A stretch of 64,000 nt of DNA from Sphingobium sp. (GCA_022652485.1 JALCRK010000003.1:35798-99797), one strand, 5' to 3'. Counted from the stretch's first letter, positions 34,079-43,813 are shown. Numbers and translations: made by a program. Notes: generated from the letters alone by a model not told the origin.

Positions 34079-36501
34079 GCGGCGACTGTCCCTTCCCCAA
34101 GTGCGGTGAGCGTGCGGATAAGCGTATCCCGGTCGTAGCGGTATATGCTGTCGTCCTTGGCTCCACGCGGCTGACTCGCGCGGCGCAGGCGCACCACGGG
34201 CTGCGCGCTGGCGGCTTCGTCCGTCGCGTCCGTGTCATCCGTCAACAGCAGAATATCTCCGCGCTGCGGCGAAGCTCCTTCCTCGCCCCACATCACCTGA
34301 AAACCCGCCTGTTCCAACAGGGGCGCGAGTATCTCGCGATTCCAGGGATCGTCGGCATCCGCGATGAAGCACCGGGCGGGAGCACTCGCCGCGCTTCCGG
34401 GCTGGACCGGCGCGGTTCCGGCAAGCGCCAGTATCGCCATGCTGTCCACGGCCTCCACCTGCCGGCCATCGAGCAGCACGAGCCCCGCGACGAGGCCGTG
34501 GCGGGCGGACATGTCCAGCTCATTCGAGACATTCTCGATATCGAGCACCATGCGGATGGGGTAGCACAGCTCGTGCAGGTCGTCGCGAATGCGCAGGCAG
34601 GTCACCTCGCGCGTGCCGGGCTGCGCGTCCGTCTCGCCGACAGCGGAGGCGCAGTTGATGATGCGGCCATCGAGCGTGACATAGGGTCGACCCGCCGAGG
34701 TACCGAAACGGTCAAGCGGGATATCCTCCACACGCTCTACCAGCGACAGCCGGATGATCCGCTCCTCGCCCGAAAGCTCTATGTAGCGCAACCCCGCGTA
34801 GCTGCCCCCGCGTGCCTCAGTGGCATCGGAGGGCGCCTTGGTCTCTACAGTCTCGGAAATAAGCGGCAGCTGGGAAATCTGGGCAATTCCGCCAGCATCG
34901 AGAAGCAACATCGGCTGCCCGTTGTCCGGCAGTGTCATGCCCGCATAGATGCCTGCGGCCATCACCATCGGCGCAGCCGGGCGGATGACCAATTCCTCGT
35001 GGTTCTCCACATTGGCCACCGCGAGAATATAGGGCTTTCCGCCCGTGGAACGCACCAGCATCAGCGAGCGCGGCCCTTGCCCCTGGAGAATCGGCATTCC
35101 GATCACATCCTCGAGGTTGATCATCGAATAGCGGGTATTGCGGATTGTGGCGGTAAGCCCGCCGCCGAGCTGGCCGACCGAGACGGTGGGGTTGTTGTCA
35201 TGCAGAATTTCGACCACCGCAGAGCGCGGGATGGCGAAATTGATGCCGCCCGCGTTCAGGATCAGCCCCGGAATGATCGTCAGCGTGAGCGGGACACGCA
35301 TCGTGAGCGTCAGCCCCCTGCCCGGCTCGCTCGCCAGCGAGATCACTCCGCCGATCCGCTCGATATTGGCGCGCACGATATCCATGCCCACGCCGCGACC
35401 GGATATGGCTGTCACCTCCTGCGCGGTGGAGAGGCCAGGCGTGAAGATGAGTTCCATCTTCGCCTGCTCGCTGAGCTGCGCGACATCCTGTATACTCATC
35501 AGGCCTGCCGATACGACCTTGCTGACAACGGCATCGGTATTGATGCCTCGTCCGTCGTCCGCCACCTCGATCACGATCTGGCTGCCGGACTGGTGCGCCG
35601 ACACCCGCAGCGTGCCCATTTCCCGCTTGCCCACCGCGCGGCGCTGTTCAGGGCTTTCGATTCCATGATCGATGCTGTTGCGCACGATATGGGTCAGCGG
35701 ATCGATGACCGCCTCCACCATCTCGCGGTCCATTTCGACATCGCCGCCCTCAAGCACCAGCTCGATTTTCTTGCCGAGCTCGCGGCTCAGATCCCGCACC
35801 ATGCGCGGGATTGCCATGAACAGGCGGTCCACCCGCTGCATCCGCGTCTTGGAGATGGTGTCGCGCATGTCCGCGATGCAATTGGAAAGCCGCTCGAACG
35901 CGGATTCGAGTTCGGGCTCCGGCTCGACCACGCGCAGCTTGCGCGACAATTCGTTGCGGGCCAGCACCATGTCCGACACGCCGTTCATCAGCTGATCGAT
36001 GAGGACCAGCGGCAACCGGATGGTGCGGGCGGAACCCGGCAACCGGGCCTGCGCCTCCTCTTGGCTGGCCGAAAGAGCATCGGGATTGTCGCCTTCGTCG
36101 CCCTCGCCGCCCGCCGTACCGCGTGCTTCGGCAAAGCATCGCTTCAACGTCGCGATGATGACCTCGTCATCCTTGCGATCGAGCGTATCGCCGGAAACGA
36201 TCGCGGCGCACAGCTCCGCGATACGGTCCATGATCGCGAGGACCGCGCTGATCGTCGCAGCATCGGGGACCGCATCGCCGCTGCGCATCTCGGAGAGCAC
36301 ATCTTCCGCAGCGTGGCTCAATTTCTCGAACCGCGGCAGGTTGAGGAAGCCCGAGCTACCCTTTACGGTATGGAAAAAGCGGAAAAGCTCGTCGAGCCGT
36401 TCCCGGTCAGACGGGTCCGCTTCCAGCGCCACCACCACATTGGCGAGCGCCTCCAGCCCTTCCTGCGTCTCTGCAACAAAATCGGAAAGCAGCTCTTCCA
36501 T
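34075..36501 (-). CDS. cheA: chemotaxis histidine kinase CheA (extended, with an extra CheW-like segment and a receiver-like C-terminus)
   Basis: Hpt FHTVKGSSGFLNL, HATPase blocks (HIVRNSIDHG, DDGRGI, GRGVGMD), a P5 CheW-like domain. The C-terminal FIADADDPWNREIL..GDILLLTDD looks REC-like. Confidence 0.93.
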   Translation of the reverse strand: MEELLSDFVAETQEGLEALANVVVALEADPSDRERLDELFRFFHTVKGSSGFLNLPRFEKLSHAAEDVLSEMRSGDAVPDAATISAVLAIMDRIAELCAAIVSGDTLDRKDDEVIIATLKRCFAEARGTAGGEGDEGDNPDALSASQEEAQARLPGSARTIRLPLVLIDQLMNGVSDMVLARNELSRKLRVVEPEPELESAFERLSNCIADMRDTISKTRMQRVDRLFMAIPRMVRDLSRELGKKIELVLEGGDVEMDREMVEAVIDPLTHIVRNSIDHGIESPEQRRAVGKREMGTLRVSAHQSGSQIVIEVADDGRGINTDAVVSKVVSAGLMSIQDVAQLSEQAKMELIFTPGLSTAQEVTAISGRGVGMDIVRANIERIGGVISLASEPGRGLTLTMRVPLTLTIIPGLILNAGGINFAIPRSAVVEILHDNNPTVSVGQLGGGLTATIRNTRYSMINLEDVIGMPILQGQGPRSLMLVRSTGGKPYILAVANVENHEELVIRPAAPMVMAAGIYAGMTLPDNGQPMLLLDAGGIAQISQLPLISETVETKAPSDATEARGGSYAGLRYIELSGEERIIRLSLVERVEDIPLDRFGTSAGRPYVTLDGRIINCASAVGETDAQPGTREVTCLRIRDDLHELCYPIRMVLDIENVSNELDMSARHGLVAGLVLLDGRQVEAVDSMAILALAGTAPVQPGSAASAPARCFIADADDPWNREILAPLLEQAGFQVMWGEEGASPQRGDILLLTDDTDATDEAASAQPVVRLRRASQPRGAKDDSIYRYDRDTLIRTLTALGEGTVAA

Positions 36502-36584
36502 CTACCCGCCCGCGACACGTTATTGGGAGGCATGATCGGGCAAGGATGGTTAATATGTCGTTAAATCCCGCTGATAATCGCCAC

Positions 36585-37250
36585 TTATATCGGCAGCATG
36601 GCGCCAAAGACGAGAGCGGGCTCACCGGCGGCGGAGAGCATCATCTGCCCGCCCGCCTTTTCCACCAACTGGCGGGTCATCCACGCGGCGGCGGAGCGCG
36701 ATGTCACAGAGCCATCGCGCAGCTGGCCGGAGAGCGCGGCGCGCAATTCCTCGTCGAGCACGATCTTCTGCCCCTGCCCGCGCACTGCAATCTCGATGCT
36801 GCCCGGCTGCACCTCCACGCCGATGTCGAGCTGGCCACCACGCACCAGCGCATCGCCCGCGATCAGCGCGAGGTTGAGCAAAACCTTGGCGGCCCGCTTG
36901 TTGAGCGCTTCCTCGGGCACCAGCCATCCGACCTTCACGCGACCGGACGACGCGAACATGCCCTCGATGGCCTGCCGCGCCTCGTCAGGGGGAACGGCGT
37001 CGCCATAACCGCCGGCAGACCCGAAGGCGAGGCGGAAGAATTTGAGCTTCGCGGCCGAAGTCCGGGCGCTTTCCGCAAGAAGATCGAGGCAGCGGGCGCG
37101 CATCTCAGGATCGGTCTCGTCGGCCATCAGTTCCAGGCCATTATTAAAGGCACCAACCGGGCTCAGCAAATCATGGCACAGACGCGAGCACAGCAAAGCC
37201 GCGAAATCCAGCACCGGATCGCCCTGTTGCCCTGCCGTTTGATTGCTCAT
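36585..37250 (-). CDS. chpT: histidine phosphotransferase ChpT
   Basis: LLCSRLCHDLLSPVGAFNNGLELM is the ChpT/DUF2328 H-box. ATG at 37250 within the track ORF. Confidence 0.8.
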   Translation of the reverse strand: MSNQTAGQQGDPVLDFAALLCSRLCHDLLSPVGAFNNGLELMADETDPEMRARCLDLLAESARTSAAKLKFFRLAFGSAGGYGDAVPPDEARQAIEGMFASSGRVKVGWLVPEEALNKRAAKVLLNLALIAGDALVRGGQLDIGVEVQPGSIEIAVRGQGQKIVLDEELRAALSGQLRDGSVTSRSAAAWMTRQLVEKAGGQMMLSAAGEPALVFGAMLPI

Positions 37251-37319
37251 CCATTTCCTCGCATGTCTGTTATTCTTTGTCTTTGCCGCCATGACGGCAG
37301 ATAAGCAAGCGGGATCGCC

Positions 37320-37736
37320 TCACGCATCCTCGACGGTCAGCTCGACAGCGACGAAACGACCGTGCAGCCCATTATGACCCGCCCGCCATAGCGCCATGCG
37401 CCCATCGGGTGCGCAGATCAGCCAGAGCGCACCATCGGGGCAAGCCATGTCGGCATCGCAAGCAGACGGGGAGACATCGCCGCCGGGATGGGAGTGATAA
37501 TGGCCAAGCACCTGAGCGCCACCGCTGCGCGCCTCCCGGTGCGCGGCGAGCAGCACGGCGGGGTCTATCTCGAACCGGGAGGCGGGTTCGTCCGCCACGT
37601 TGGCCGCTTCCCGTGCCTCAACGATGCGTCCCCCCTGCCCCAGCAACAGACCACATATCTCTCGCCCCGGCCCCTCCACTGCCCGCGCGCGGATCGTTTC
37701 CCATTCCACTCTTGATATATGAACCGCCATCCCCAC
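37320..37736 (-). CDS. Mov34/MPN/JAB-family metallopeptidase
   Basis: E..(EICG) and the JAMM motif HYHSHPGGDVSPSACD. Confidence 0.8.
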   Translation of the reverse strand: MGMAVHISRVEWETIRARAVEGPGREICGLLLGQGGRIVEAREAANVADEPASRFEIDPAVLLAAHREARSGGAQVLGHYHSHPGGDVSPSACDADMACPDGALWLICAPDGRMALWRAGHNGLHGRFVAVELTVEDA

Positions 37737-37747
37737 ATCCCTACGCG

Positions 37748-38707
37748 ATGGGGGATACGAGTTCCAGCATGACTGCGGTAATTGACGAGGCGCATTCCGG
37801 CGCGCGTCTGGACAAGGCTCTGGCGGGCCTGGTGCCGTCGCTCTCGCGCGAGCGGCTTAAGGCGCTGATACTCGAAGGTCATGTCACCGGCAAACGCGGC
37901 GTGGCGGTGCGGGATCCATCGGCCAAGGTCGCATCCGGTCAGACCTTCACCATTGCCCTGCCCGAGCCGGTGGACGCCGAGGCTGCGGCGCAGGATATTC
38001 CGCTTGCTGTCGTTTACGAGGACGCGCACCTGATCGTGGTCGACAAGCCAGCGGGCCTTGTGGTGCACCCGGCAGCAGGCAATCTCGACGGAACCTTGGT
38101 CAATGCGTTGCTGCACCACTGCGCGGGGCAGCTGTCCGGCATCGGGGGCGTCGCACGTCCCGGCATCGTACACCGCATCGACAAAGACACCTCGGGGCTG
38201 CTGGTGGTGGCGAAATCCGATACCGCCCATGAGGGGCTCGCCCGCCAGTTCAAGGATCACAGCATCGTCCGCCGCTACCTCGCGATCGTGCGCGGCCATC
38301 CCCGCCCGACAAGCGGCACGATCGATACATGGATCGGGCGGTCCGATCGGGATCGCAAGAAGATGGCCGTGCAGCGCGAGGGGCGCGGCAAGCACGCCGT
38401 GACACATTATCGCACTGTGGAAACACTGAAAGGCGCCGCCCTCGTGGAATGCCGCCTGGAAACCGGCCGCACCCATCAGGTGCGTGTCCATATGAGCCAT
38501 CTCGGCCACCCGCTGATCGGCGATCCGGTCTATGGCAAGGCCGGACGAATGAAGTTCGGCGTGGGCCAGGCCAAGGAAAGCTTTGGCCGCCAGGCATTGC
38601 ACGCAGCCGTTCTGGGGTTTATTCATCCTATAACACAGGAAAAGCTGGCGTTTGAAAGCGCAGTGCCTGCCGACATGCAGGAACTGTTAAGCCAGCTCCG
38701 CGTATAG
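37748..38707 (+). CDS. rluD: RluA/RluD-family 23S rRNA pseudouridine synthase
   Basis: S4 domain (ARLDKALAGLVPSLSRERLKALI), VVDKPAGLVVHP, HRIDKDTSGLLVVAK. ATG at 37748. Confidence 0.9.
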   Translation: MGDTSSSMTAVIDEAHSGARLDKALAGLVPSLSRERLKALILEGHVTGKRGVAVRDPSAKVASGQTFTIALPEPVDAEAAAQDIPLAVVYEDAHLIVVDKPAGLVVHPAAGNLDGTLVNALLHHCAGQLSGIGGVARPGIVHRIDKDTSGLLVVAKSDTAHEGLARQFKDHSIVRRYLAIVRGHPRPTSGTIDTWIGRSDRDRKKMAVQREGRGKHAVTHYRTVETLKGAALVECRLETGRTHQVRVHMSHLGHPLIGDPVYGKAGRMKFGVGQAKESFGRQALHAAVLGFIHPITQEKLAFESAVPADMQELLSQLRV

Positions 38708-38774
38708 TTCATGGAAGAGAGACGCGGCGTAACGCACCTTGAAGGGGCAAAGAGAAGGGACCGGGGTTAACATC

Positions 38775-39676
38775 ATGGCCAAAGGCAACTCATCCACCGC
38801 GGTTGTGCCGGTTCTTGGCACCGACGCGAGCCTCAACCGCTATCTCTCGGAAATCCGCAAGTTTCCGGTGCTCTCGGCAGAGCAGGAATATATGCTCGCC
38901 AAGCGCTATCAGGAGCATCAAGACCCGGAAGCGGCGGCGCAGCTCGTCACCAGCCACCTCCGCCTCGTCGCCAAGATCGCGATGGGCTATCGCGGCTATG
39001 GCCTGCCCGTCAGCGAGCTCATCTCCGAGGGCAATATCGGCCTGATGCAGGGCGTGAAGAAATTCGAGCCGGATCGTGGCTTCCGCCTCGCGACTTATGC
39101 AATGTGGTGGATCAGGGCATCGATCCAGGAGTTCATCCTGCGCAGCTGGTCGCTGGTCAAGATGGGCACCACGGCAGCGCAGAAGAAGCTGTTCTTCAAC
39201 CTGCGGCGAATGAAAACAATATCGAGGCGTTCGAGGATGGCGACCTCCGCCCCGAGGACGTGACCAAGATCGCCACCGATCTCGGCGTTTCCGAGGACGA
39301 TGTCGTCAGCATGAACCGCCGCATGGCAATGGGCGGGGATACCTCGCTCAACGTGCCGATGCGCGAGGATGGCGAGGGCCAGTGGCAGGACTGGCTGGCG
39401 GACGACAATCCGTTGCAGGACGAGCGCGTCGCCGACGCCGAAGAGAGGGACATTCGCCACAGCCTGCTGCTGGAGGCGATGGACAGCCTCAACGATCGCG
39501 AAAAATTCATTCTCACCGAACGCCGCCTCGCCGAAGAGCCCAAGACGCTGGAAGAGCTCTCCCAAGTCTATGGCGTCAGCCGCGAGCGCGTGCGCCAGAT
39601 CGAGGTTCGCGCGTTCGAGAAATTGCAGAAGGCGATGATGCGGATCGCGGGCGAGCGCTATCTCGCCCCGGCGTAA
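38775..39676 (+). pseudogene. rpoH: RNA polymerase sigma-32 factor RpoH, interrupted by a 1-nt frameshift at the A-run 39213-39216
   Basis: Track ORFs 38739-39263 and 39104-39676 together give a complete RpoH (..EGNIGLMQGVKKFEP, WWIRASIQEFILRSWSLVKMGTTAAQKKLFFNLRRMK | NNIEAFEDGDL..RERVRQIE). The join needs one extra A in ATGAAAACAAT. Confidence 0.85.
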
Positions 39677-39916
39677 CCCCGCCGCTATCCGCCGATAAAA
39701 CCGACACTCCGGAAAAAACCCGGCGTCCCCGGGGGAACGCCGGGTAAGAGATGGGTCAGACATAATGGCTGCCCATCGGGTCGCCCTTACTGCCTATAAG
39801 AGCTTCAAGAAGATTCCATGACATAGGTCATAATTGCCGCCCTCCCCGCGCAAAAATTACGCCTTCGGGCGCGTCCGTTCGCCGCAGCTTTTGCATCCCC
39901 GCGCCGCATTGCCTAT

Positions 39917-40441
39917 ATGGCCATCATGCCCATATTCCCTCGCCCCGTTTCCCCTAAAAATGCCGCCGGTGACCTGTGGGGATATCTGCGCGAGCGGCGC
40001 GCGCATCGCTGGCCGTTGCTCGGCGTGTCCGCCGGACTGACATGGGCGATCGTCTGGCTGTTCGTGCTTGATGCCAACACCAACACCATGCCGAAACAGA
40101 ATCAGATCCAGTATTTCGAGAACTGGCGCGCAAACAGGTCCGATATTGCAGTGATCCTGCAGCAGAAAAAGGATCTGGCGGACCGCGTGGCGGCGATCCA
40201 CGCCAAGCAGAAGGAAATGCAGAAGGTCGCAGACATGTTCGGCATCGAGTGGCGCGAGGAGGCAAGGCGCAATGCCGCGCGCGAGGCAGAGGCGGTCCGC
40301 ATTCTCAATGCGCGGCTCGACAAGCGCCTGGCCGAAGCTCAGGCAAAGCTCGACGCGGCAAAGCCCCTATCCACACCCTCGCAACCCACACCCTCGCAAC
40401 CCACGCCCGCGCAATCCGCAGCCATCGCCCCCATATCATGA
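39917..40441 (+). CDS. hypothetical membrane-anchored coiled-coil protein
   Basis: One TM segment (WPLLGVSAGLTWAIVWLFVL), then a charged helical region and a Pro/Ser/Gln tail. ATGA overlap with ribD. Confidence 0.6.
   Translation: MAIMPIFPRPVSPKNAAGDLWGYLRERRAHRWPLLGVSAGLTWAIVWLFVLDANTNTMPKQNQIQYFENWRANRSDIAVILQQKKDLADRVAAIHAKQKEMQKVADMFGIEWREEARRNAAREAEAVRILNARLDKRLAEAQAKLDAAKPLSTPSQPTPSQPTPAQSAAIAPIS
40373..40417 (+). repeat. 15-bp tandem repeat (ACACCCTCGCAACCC x2 plus a degenerate third unit) encoding PSQPT repeats
   Basis: Read directly. Confidence 0.8.
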
Positions 40442-41421
40442 GCGCGCTTTCCCAGGACACGCGCTTCATGCGCGCCGCCATCGCACTTTCGTTGCGAGGG
40501 CTGGGCCGCACCGCGCCCAACCCCAATGTGGGGTGCATCATCGTGCGGGACGGGACGATCGTCGGGCGCGGATGGACCCAGCCCGGCGGCCGCCCCCATG
40601 CTGAGGCGCAGGCGCTGGCGCAGGCGGACGGGGTTACGGAAGGCGCCACCGCCTATGTAACGCTCGAACCCTGTTTTCACCTTAGCCCACGCGGCCCGCG
40701 TTGCGTGGAATTGCTCCACCGCGCCAAGGTCGCCCGCGTCGTGATCGCCGCGCCAGACCCGGACCCGCGCACCAATGGGCAGAGCCTCGCATGGTTGCGC
40801 GAGCAGGGCATCGATGTTTCGGTCGGCCTGCTGCGCGCGGAAGCCGAAGCAGCCATGACGGCGTTCTTCGCGCGCCAGATGCTGGGCCGCCCGGCAGTGA
40901 CATTGAAACTCGGCCTCTCGCTCGATGGCTGCATCGCCTGCGCGGACGGAACGAGCCAGTGGATTACGGGAGCCACCGCTCGCGCCCACGCGCATCTGCT
41001 CCGTGCCAGTCACGACGCCATTTTGGTCGGTCGGGGCACCTGGTGGGCCGACAAGCCCCGGCTCGATGTCCGCCTTTCCGGCCTGGAAGACCGTGCGCCC
41101 CGCCGCATCCTGCTCGGGCATGGCACGGCGCCGGAGGGATGGACACTGATCGATGATCCCGCCCGCATCGCGGATCTGGAGGGCGTCTCCAGCATATTGA
41201 TCGAAGGCGGTGCACAGACTGCTGCGGCGTTTCTCCGCGCCGATCTGGTGGACAGGCTCGTGCTCTATCGCGCGCCGATCCTGATCGGCGGCGGCAAGCC
41301 CGCCATCGGTGATATCGGCCTCCCCTCCCTCGATGTCGCGCATGGCCGCTGGCAGCGCGCCGACAGACGGCCCCTCGGCGAGGACATGATGGAGGTTTAC
41401 GCGCGGACGCGAGCCAGCTAG
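40438..41421 (+). CDS. ribD: bifunctional riboflavin biosynthesis deaminase/reductase RibD
   Basis: PNPNVGCIIV, HAEAQAL, YVTLEPC (CMP/dCMP deaminase zinc motif), C-terminal RibD_C reductase domain. Confidence 0.92.
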   Translation: MSALSQDTRFMRAAIALSLRGLGRTAPNPNVGCIIVRDGTIVGRGWTQPGGRPHAEAQALAQADGVTEGATAYVTLEPCFHLSPRGPRCVELLHRAKVARVVIAAPDPDPRTNGQSLAWLREQGIDVSVGLLRAEAEAAMTAFFARQMLGRPAVTLKLGLSLDGCIACADGTSQWITGATARAHAHLLRASHDAILVGRGTWWADKPRLDVRLSGLEDRAPRRILLGHGTAPEGWTLIDDPARIADLEGVSSILIEGGAQTAAAFLRADLVDRLVLYRAPILIGGGKPAIGDIGLPSLDVAHGRWQRADRRPLGEDMMEVYARTRAS

Positions 41422-41430
41422 AGCGGTTTC

Positions 41431-42054
41431 ATGTTCACCGGCATCGTTTCCGACATCGGCACCATCCTGTCCGCAGAGCAGCGCGGCGACCTGCGCCTCG
41501 TCATCGACTGCGGATACGATGTGGATGCCATCGCCCTTGGCGCGTCAATTGCCTGCTCCGGCGTCTGCCTCACTGTCGTAGACAAGGGATCGCACGCGGA
41601 CGGCAGGGGCTGGTTTGCCGTCGACGCCTCCGCCGAGACGGTGAAATGCACCGCGCCCGGCATGTGGGAAGCAGGCCGCCGCCTTAATCTCGAACGCGCG
41701 CTGAAGCTGGGTGACGAGCTGGGCGGGCATATCGTCACCGGCCATGTCGACGGTGTCGCGACGGTGATCGGTGTATGCGAGGAAGGCGAATCGCGGCGTG
41801 TCGGCTTCCGCGTCGGGCCTGAGATCGCGCCCTATGTTGCGGCGAAAGGCTCCGTCACGATCGACGGCGTCTCGCTTACCGTCAATGAGGTCGCCGACCA
41901 TCAGGGCGAGACTCATTTCAGCGTAAACCTGATTCCCCACACCTGGGCTGTGACCACGTTGGGCGAACTCGGGGAGGGACGCCCGGTCAATATCGAGATC
42001 GACGTGCTGGCGCGTTATCTCGCCCGCCTGAAGGAACGCATCACCATAGTGTGA
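41431..42054 (+). CDS. ribE: riboflavin synthase (alpha chain)
   Basis: MFTGIVSDIGTI, GASIACSGVCLTVV, LGGHIVTGHVDG, SVTIDGVSLTVN. Confidence 0.93.
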   Translation: MFTGIVSDIGTILSAEQRGDLRLVIDCGYDVDAIALGASIACSGVCLTVVDKGSHADGRGWFAVDASAETVKCTAPGMWEAGRRLNLERALKLGDELGGHIVTGHVDGVATVIGVCEEGESRRVGFRVGPEIAPYVAAKGSVTIDGVSLTVNEVADHQGETHFSVNLIPHTWAVTTLGELGEGRPVNIEIDVLARYLARLKERITIV

Positions 42055-42067
42055 TTGCTCTTTACTT

Positions 42068-42083
42068 TCACATTGTAATGTGA
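42068..42083. promoter_or_regulatory. inverted repeat TCACATT-GT-AATGTGA in the AT-rich ribE-ribB spacer
   Basis: Read directly, 13 nt upstream of the ribB ATG (42096). Confidence 0.35.
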
Positions 42084-42095
42084 TTATTGTGTGAC

Positions 42096-43388
42096 ATGTC
42101 TACACACCATGTCCTCCAGCAGATCGTCCGGCTGATCAATAGCGGCGCCATGTCGCGGTCCGGCCTCGCCCGCGCCTCCGGGCTTCATGCCAACAGTCTC
42201 CGCAAGCTCGGCGAAGCGGACTGGAATCCCACCGCAGACACGCTCGCCAAGTTGGAAGCCTATCTCGACCGACGCGAAAGCGGCACCGCTCTCGCCAGCC
42301 CCGAAGAGATCATCAACGAGGCCCGCAATGGCCGCATGTTCATTCTCGTCGACGACGAGGACCGGGAGAATGAGGGCGACCTCGTGATTCCGGCGCAGAT
42401 GGCCACTCCCGACGCGATCAACTTCATGGCCACGCACGGTCGTGGCCTGATCTGCCTCGCCCTCACGAGGTCGCGCGTCGAGCAGCTCGGCCTCGATCTC
42501 ATGAGCCGTGCCAATGGCACCCGCCACGAAACAGCCTTCACCGTTTCGATCGAGGCCCGCGAAGGCGTGACGACCGGCATATCGGCGGCGGACCGTGCGC
42601 GTACTATCGCGGTCGCCATCGATGCCTCCAAGGGGCGGCAGGACATCGTGACACCTGGCCACGTCTTCCCGCTTGTCGCGCGCGATGGCGGCGTCCTCAT
42701 CCGCACCGGCCATACCGAGGCGGCGGTCGACGTGTCCCGGCTCGCGGGCCTCAATCCTTCCGGCGTGATCTGCGAGATCATGAAGGATGACGGGACCATG
42801 GCGCGACTCGACGACCTGATCCCCTTTGCCCAGCGCCACGGCCTCAAGATCGGCACGATCCGCGACCTGATCGCCTATCGCCGCCGCCACGACCATCTGA
42901 TCGAGCGTCGCGCGGAAGCGAATTTCGTTAGCCGCTGGGGCGGCGACTGGAAGGCAATAACCTTCTTCAATCGCGCCACCCAGTCCGAGCAGCTGGTCCT
43001 GCAAAAGGGACATATAGATCCCGACGAGCCCACGCTGGTGCGTATGCACCAGATCAACCCCTTCGCCGATATTTTTGGGGAGAACAGCAACCGCGTCGAT
43101 GTTCTCGCCCGCTCGATGGAAATTATCGGGAAAGAGGGCGCGGGGCTGATCGTCGCGATCAACCGGCGCGGGCCGGACGATTTCTCGCGGATGCTCCAGG
43201 CGCGCGATGCCAGCACGCCGCGCGACATGGACGAATTGCGCGATTATGGCGTGGGTGCGCAGATCCTTGCCGAACTGGGCGTGCATGACATGATTCTGCT
43301 TACCAACACACAGCACAGCCTGATCGCGCTCGATGGCTATGGCCTTTCCGTGGTCGGCCAGCGTGCGATTGACCTCCAGGGAGATTAA
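42096..43388 (+). CDS. ribB: 3,4-dihydroxy-2-butanone-4-phosphate synthase with an N-terminal HTH-like extension and a degenerate GTP-cyclohydrolase-II-like C-domain
   Basis: The DHBPS core is intact ([48 protein letters not shown]). The C-domain lacks the CxxxxxxxxxxCxC zinc site. The track start at 42087 is TTG; an ATG is at 42096. Confidence 0.9.
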   Translation: MSTHHVLQQIVRLINSGAMSRSGLARASGLHANSLRKLGEADWNPTADTLAKLEAYLDRRESGTALASPEEIINEARNGRMFILVDDEDRENEGDLVIPAQMATPDAINFMATHGRGLICLALTRSRVEQLGLDLMSRANGTRHETAFTVSIEAREGVTTGISAADRARTIAVAIDASKGRQDIVTPGHVFPLVARDGGVLIRTGHTEAAVDVSRLAGLNPSGVICEIMKDDGTMARLDDLIPFAQRHGLKIGTIRDLIAYRRRHDHLIERRAEANFVSRWGGDWKAITFFNRATQSEQLVLQKGHIDPDEPTLVRMHQINPFADIFGENSNRVDVLARSMEIIGKEGAGLIVAINRRGPDDFSRMLQARDASTPRDMDELRDYGVGAQILAELGVHDMILLTNTQHSLIALDGYGLSVVGQRAIDLQGD

Positions 43389-43390
43389 AG

Positions 43391-43813
43391 GTGGCCAAAT
43401 TCCTCATCGTCGAGGCTCGTTTTTACGACCATCTGAACGACCTGCTGATCGAAGGCGCGGCCGCCGCGCTGAATGCCGCCGGGCATACGCACGAAGTCCT
43501 GACCGTGCCCGGCGCGCTGGAAATTCCGGGGGCCATCGCCCTTGCCGCGGAAAGCGGAGACTATGACGGCTATGTCGCCATCGGCGTCGTGATCCGAGGC
43601 GAGACCTATCATTTCGAGGTCGTGTCGAACGAAAGCGCCCGCGGCCTCATGGCGCTGACGCTGGATGGAATGCCGATCGGCAATGGCATCCTCACGGTCG
43701 AGAACGAGGCGCAGGCGCTCACCCGCGCGCGGCCCACGGAGAAGGACAAGGGCGGCGAGGCGGCGAAGGCGGCGATACGTATGCTGGAGCTGCGCGAGAA
43801 ATTCGCGGGCTGA
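43391..43813 (+). CDS. ribH: 6,7-dimethyl-8-ribityllumazine synthase
   Basis: [10 protein letters not shown].., [20 protein letters not shown]. Confidence 0.92.
   Translation: MAKFLIVEARFYDHLNDLLIEGAAAALNAAGHTHEVLTVPGALEIPGAIALAAESGDYDGYVAIGVVIRGETYHFEVVSNESARGLMALTLDGMPIGNGILTVENEAQALTRARPTEKDKGGEAAKAAIRMLELREKFAG

Noticed and set aside
34498-36564. 688-aa ORF on the + strand
   Set aside because: It is antisense to cheA, has shadow-ORF composition (Arg/His/Asp/Gly-rich) and no recognisable domain.
37320-37736. JAB/MPN peptidase as the missing Cap3 of the CBASS-like operon
   Set aside because: It lies ~28 kb away in core genome between chpT and rluD, on host-like composition, with no operon link. 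It is most likely a housekeeping MPN protein.
39680-42095. FMN (RFN) riboswitch in front of the rib genes
   Set aside because: ribD overlaps the upstream ORF, and the ribE-ribB spacer is only 41 nt. No stretch resembles the conserved RFN core from memory. An Infernal scan would be decisive.
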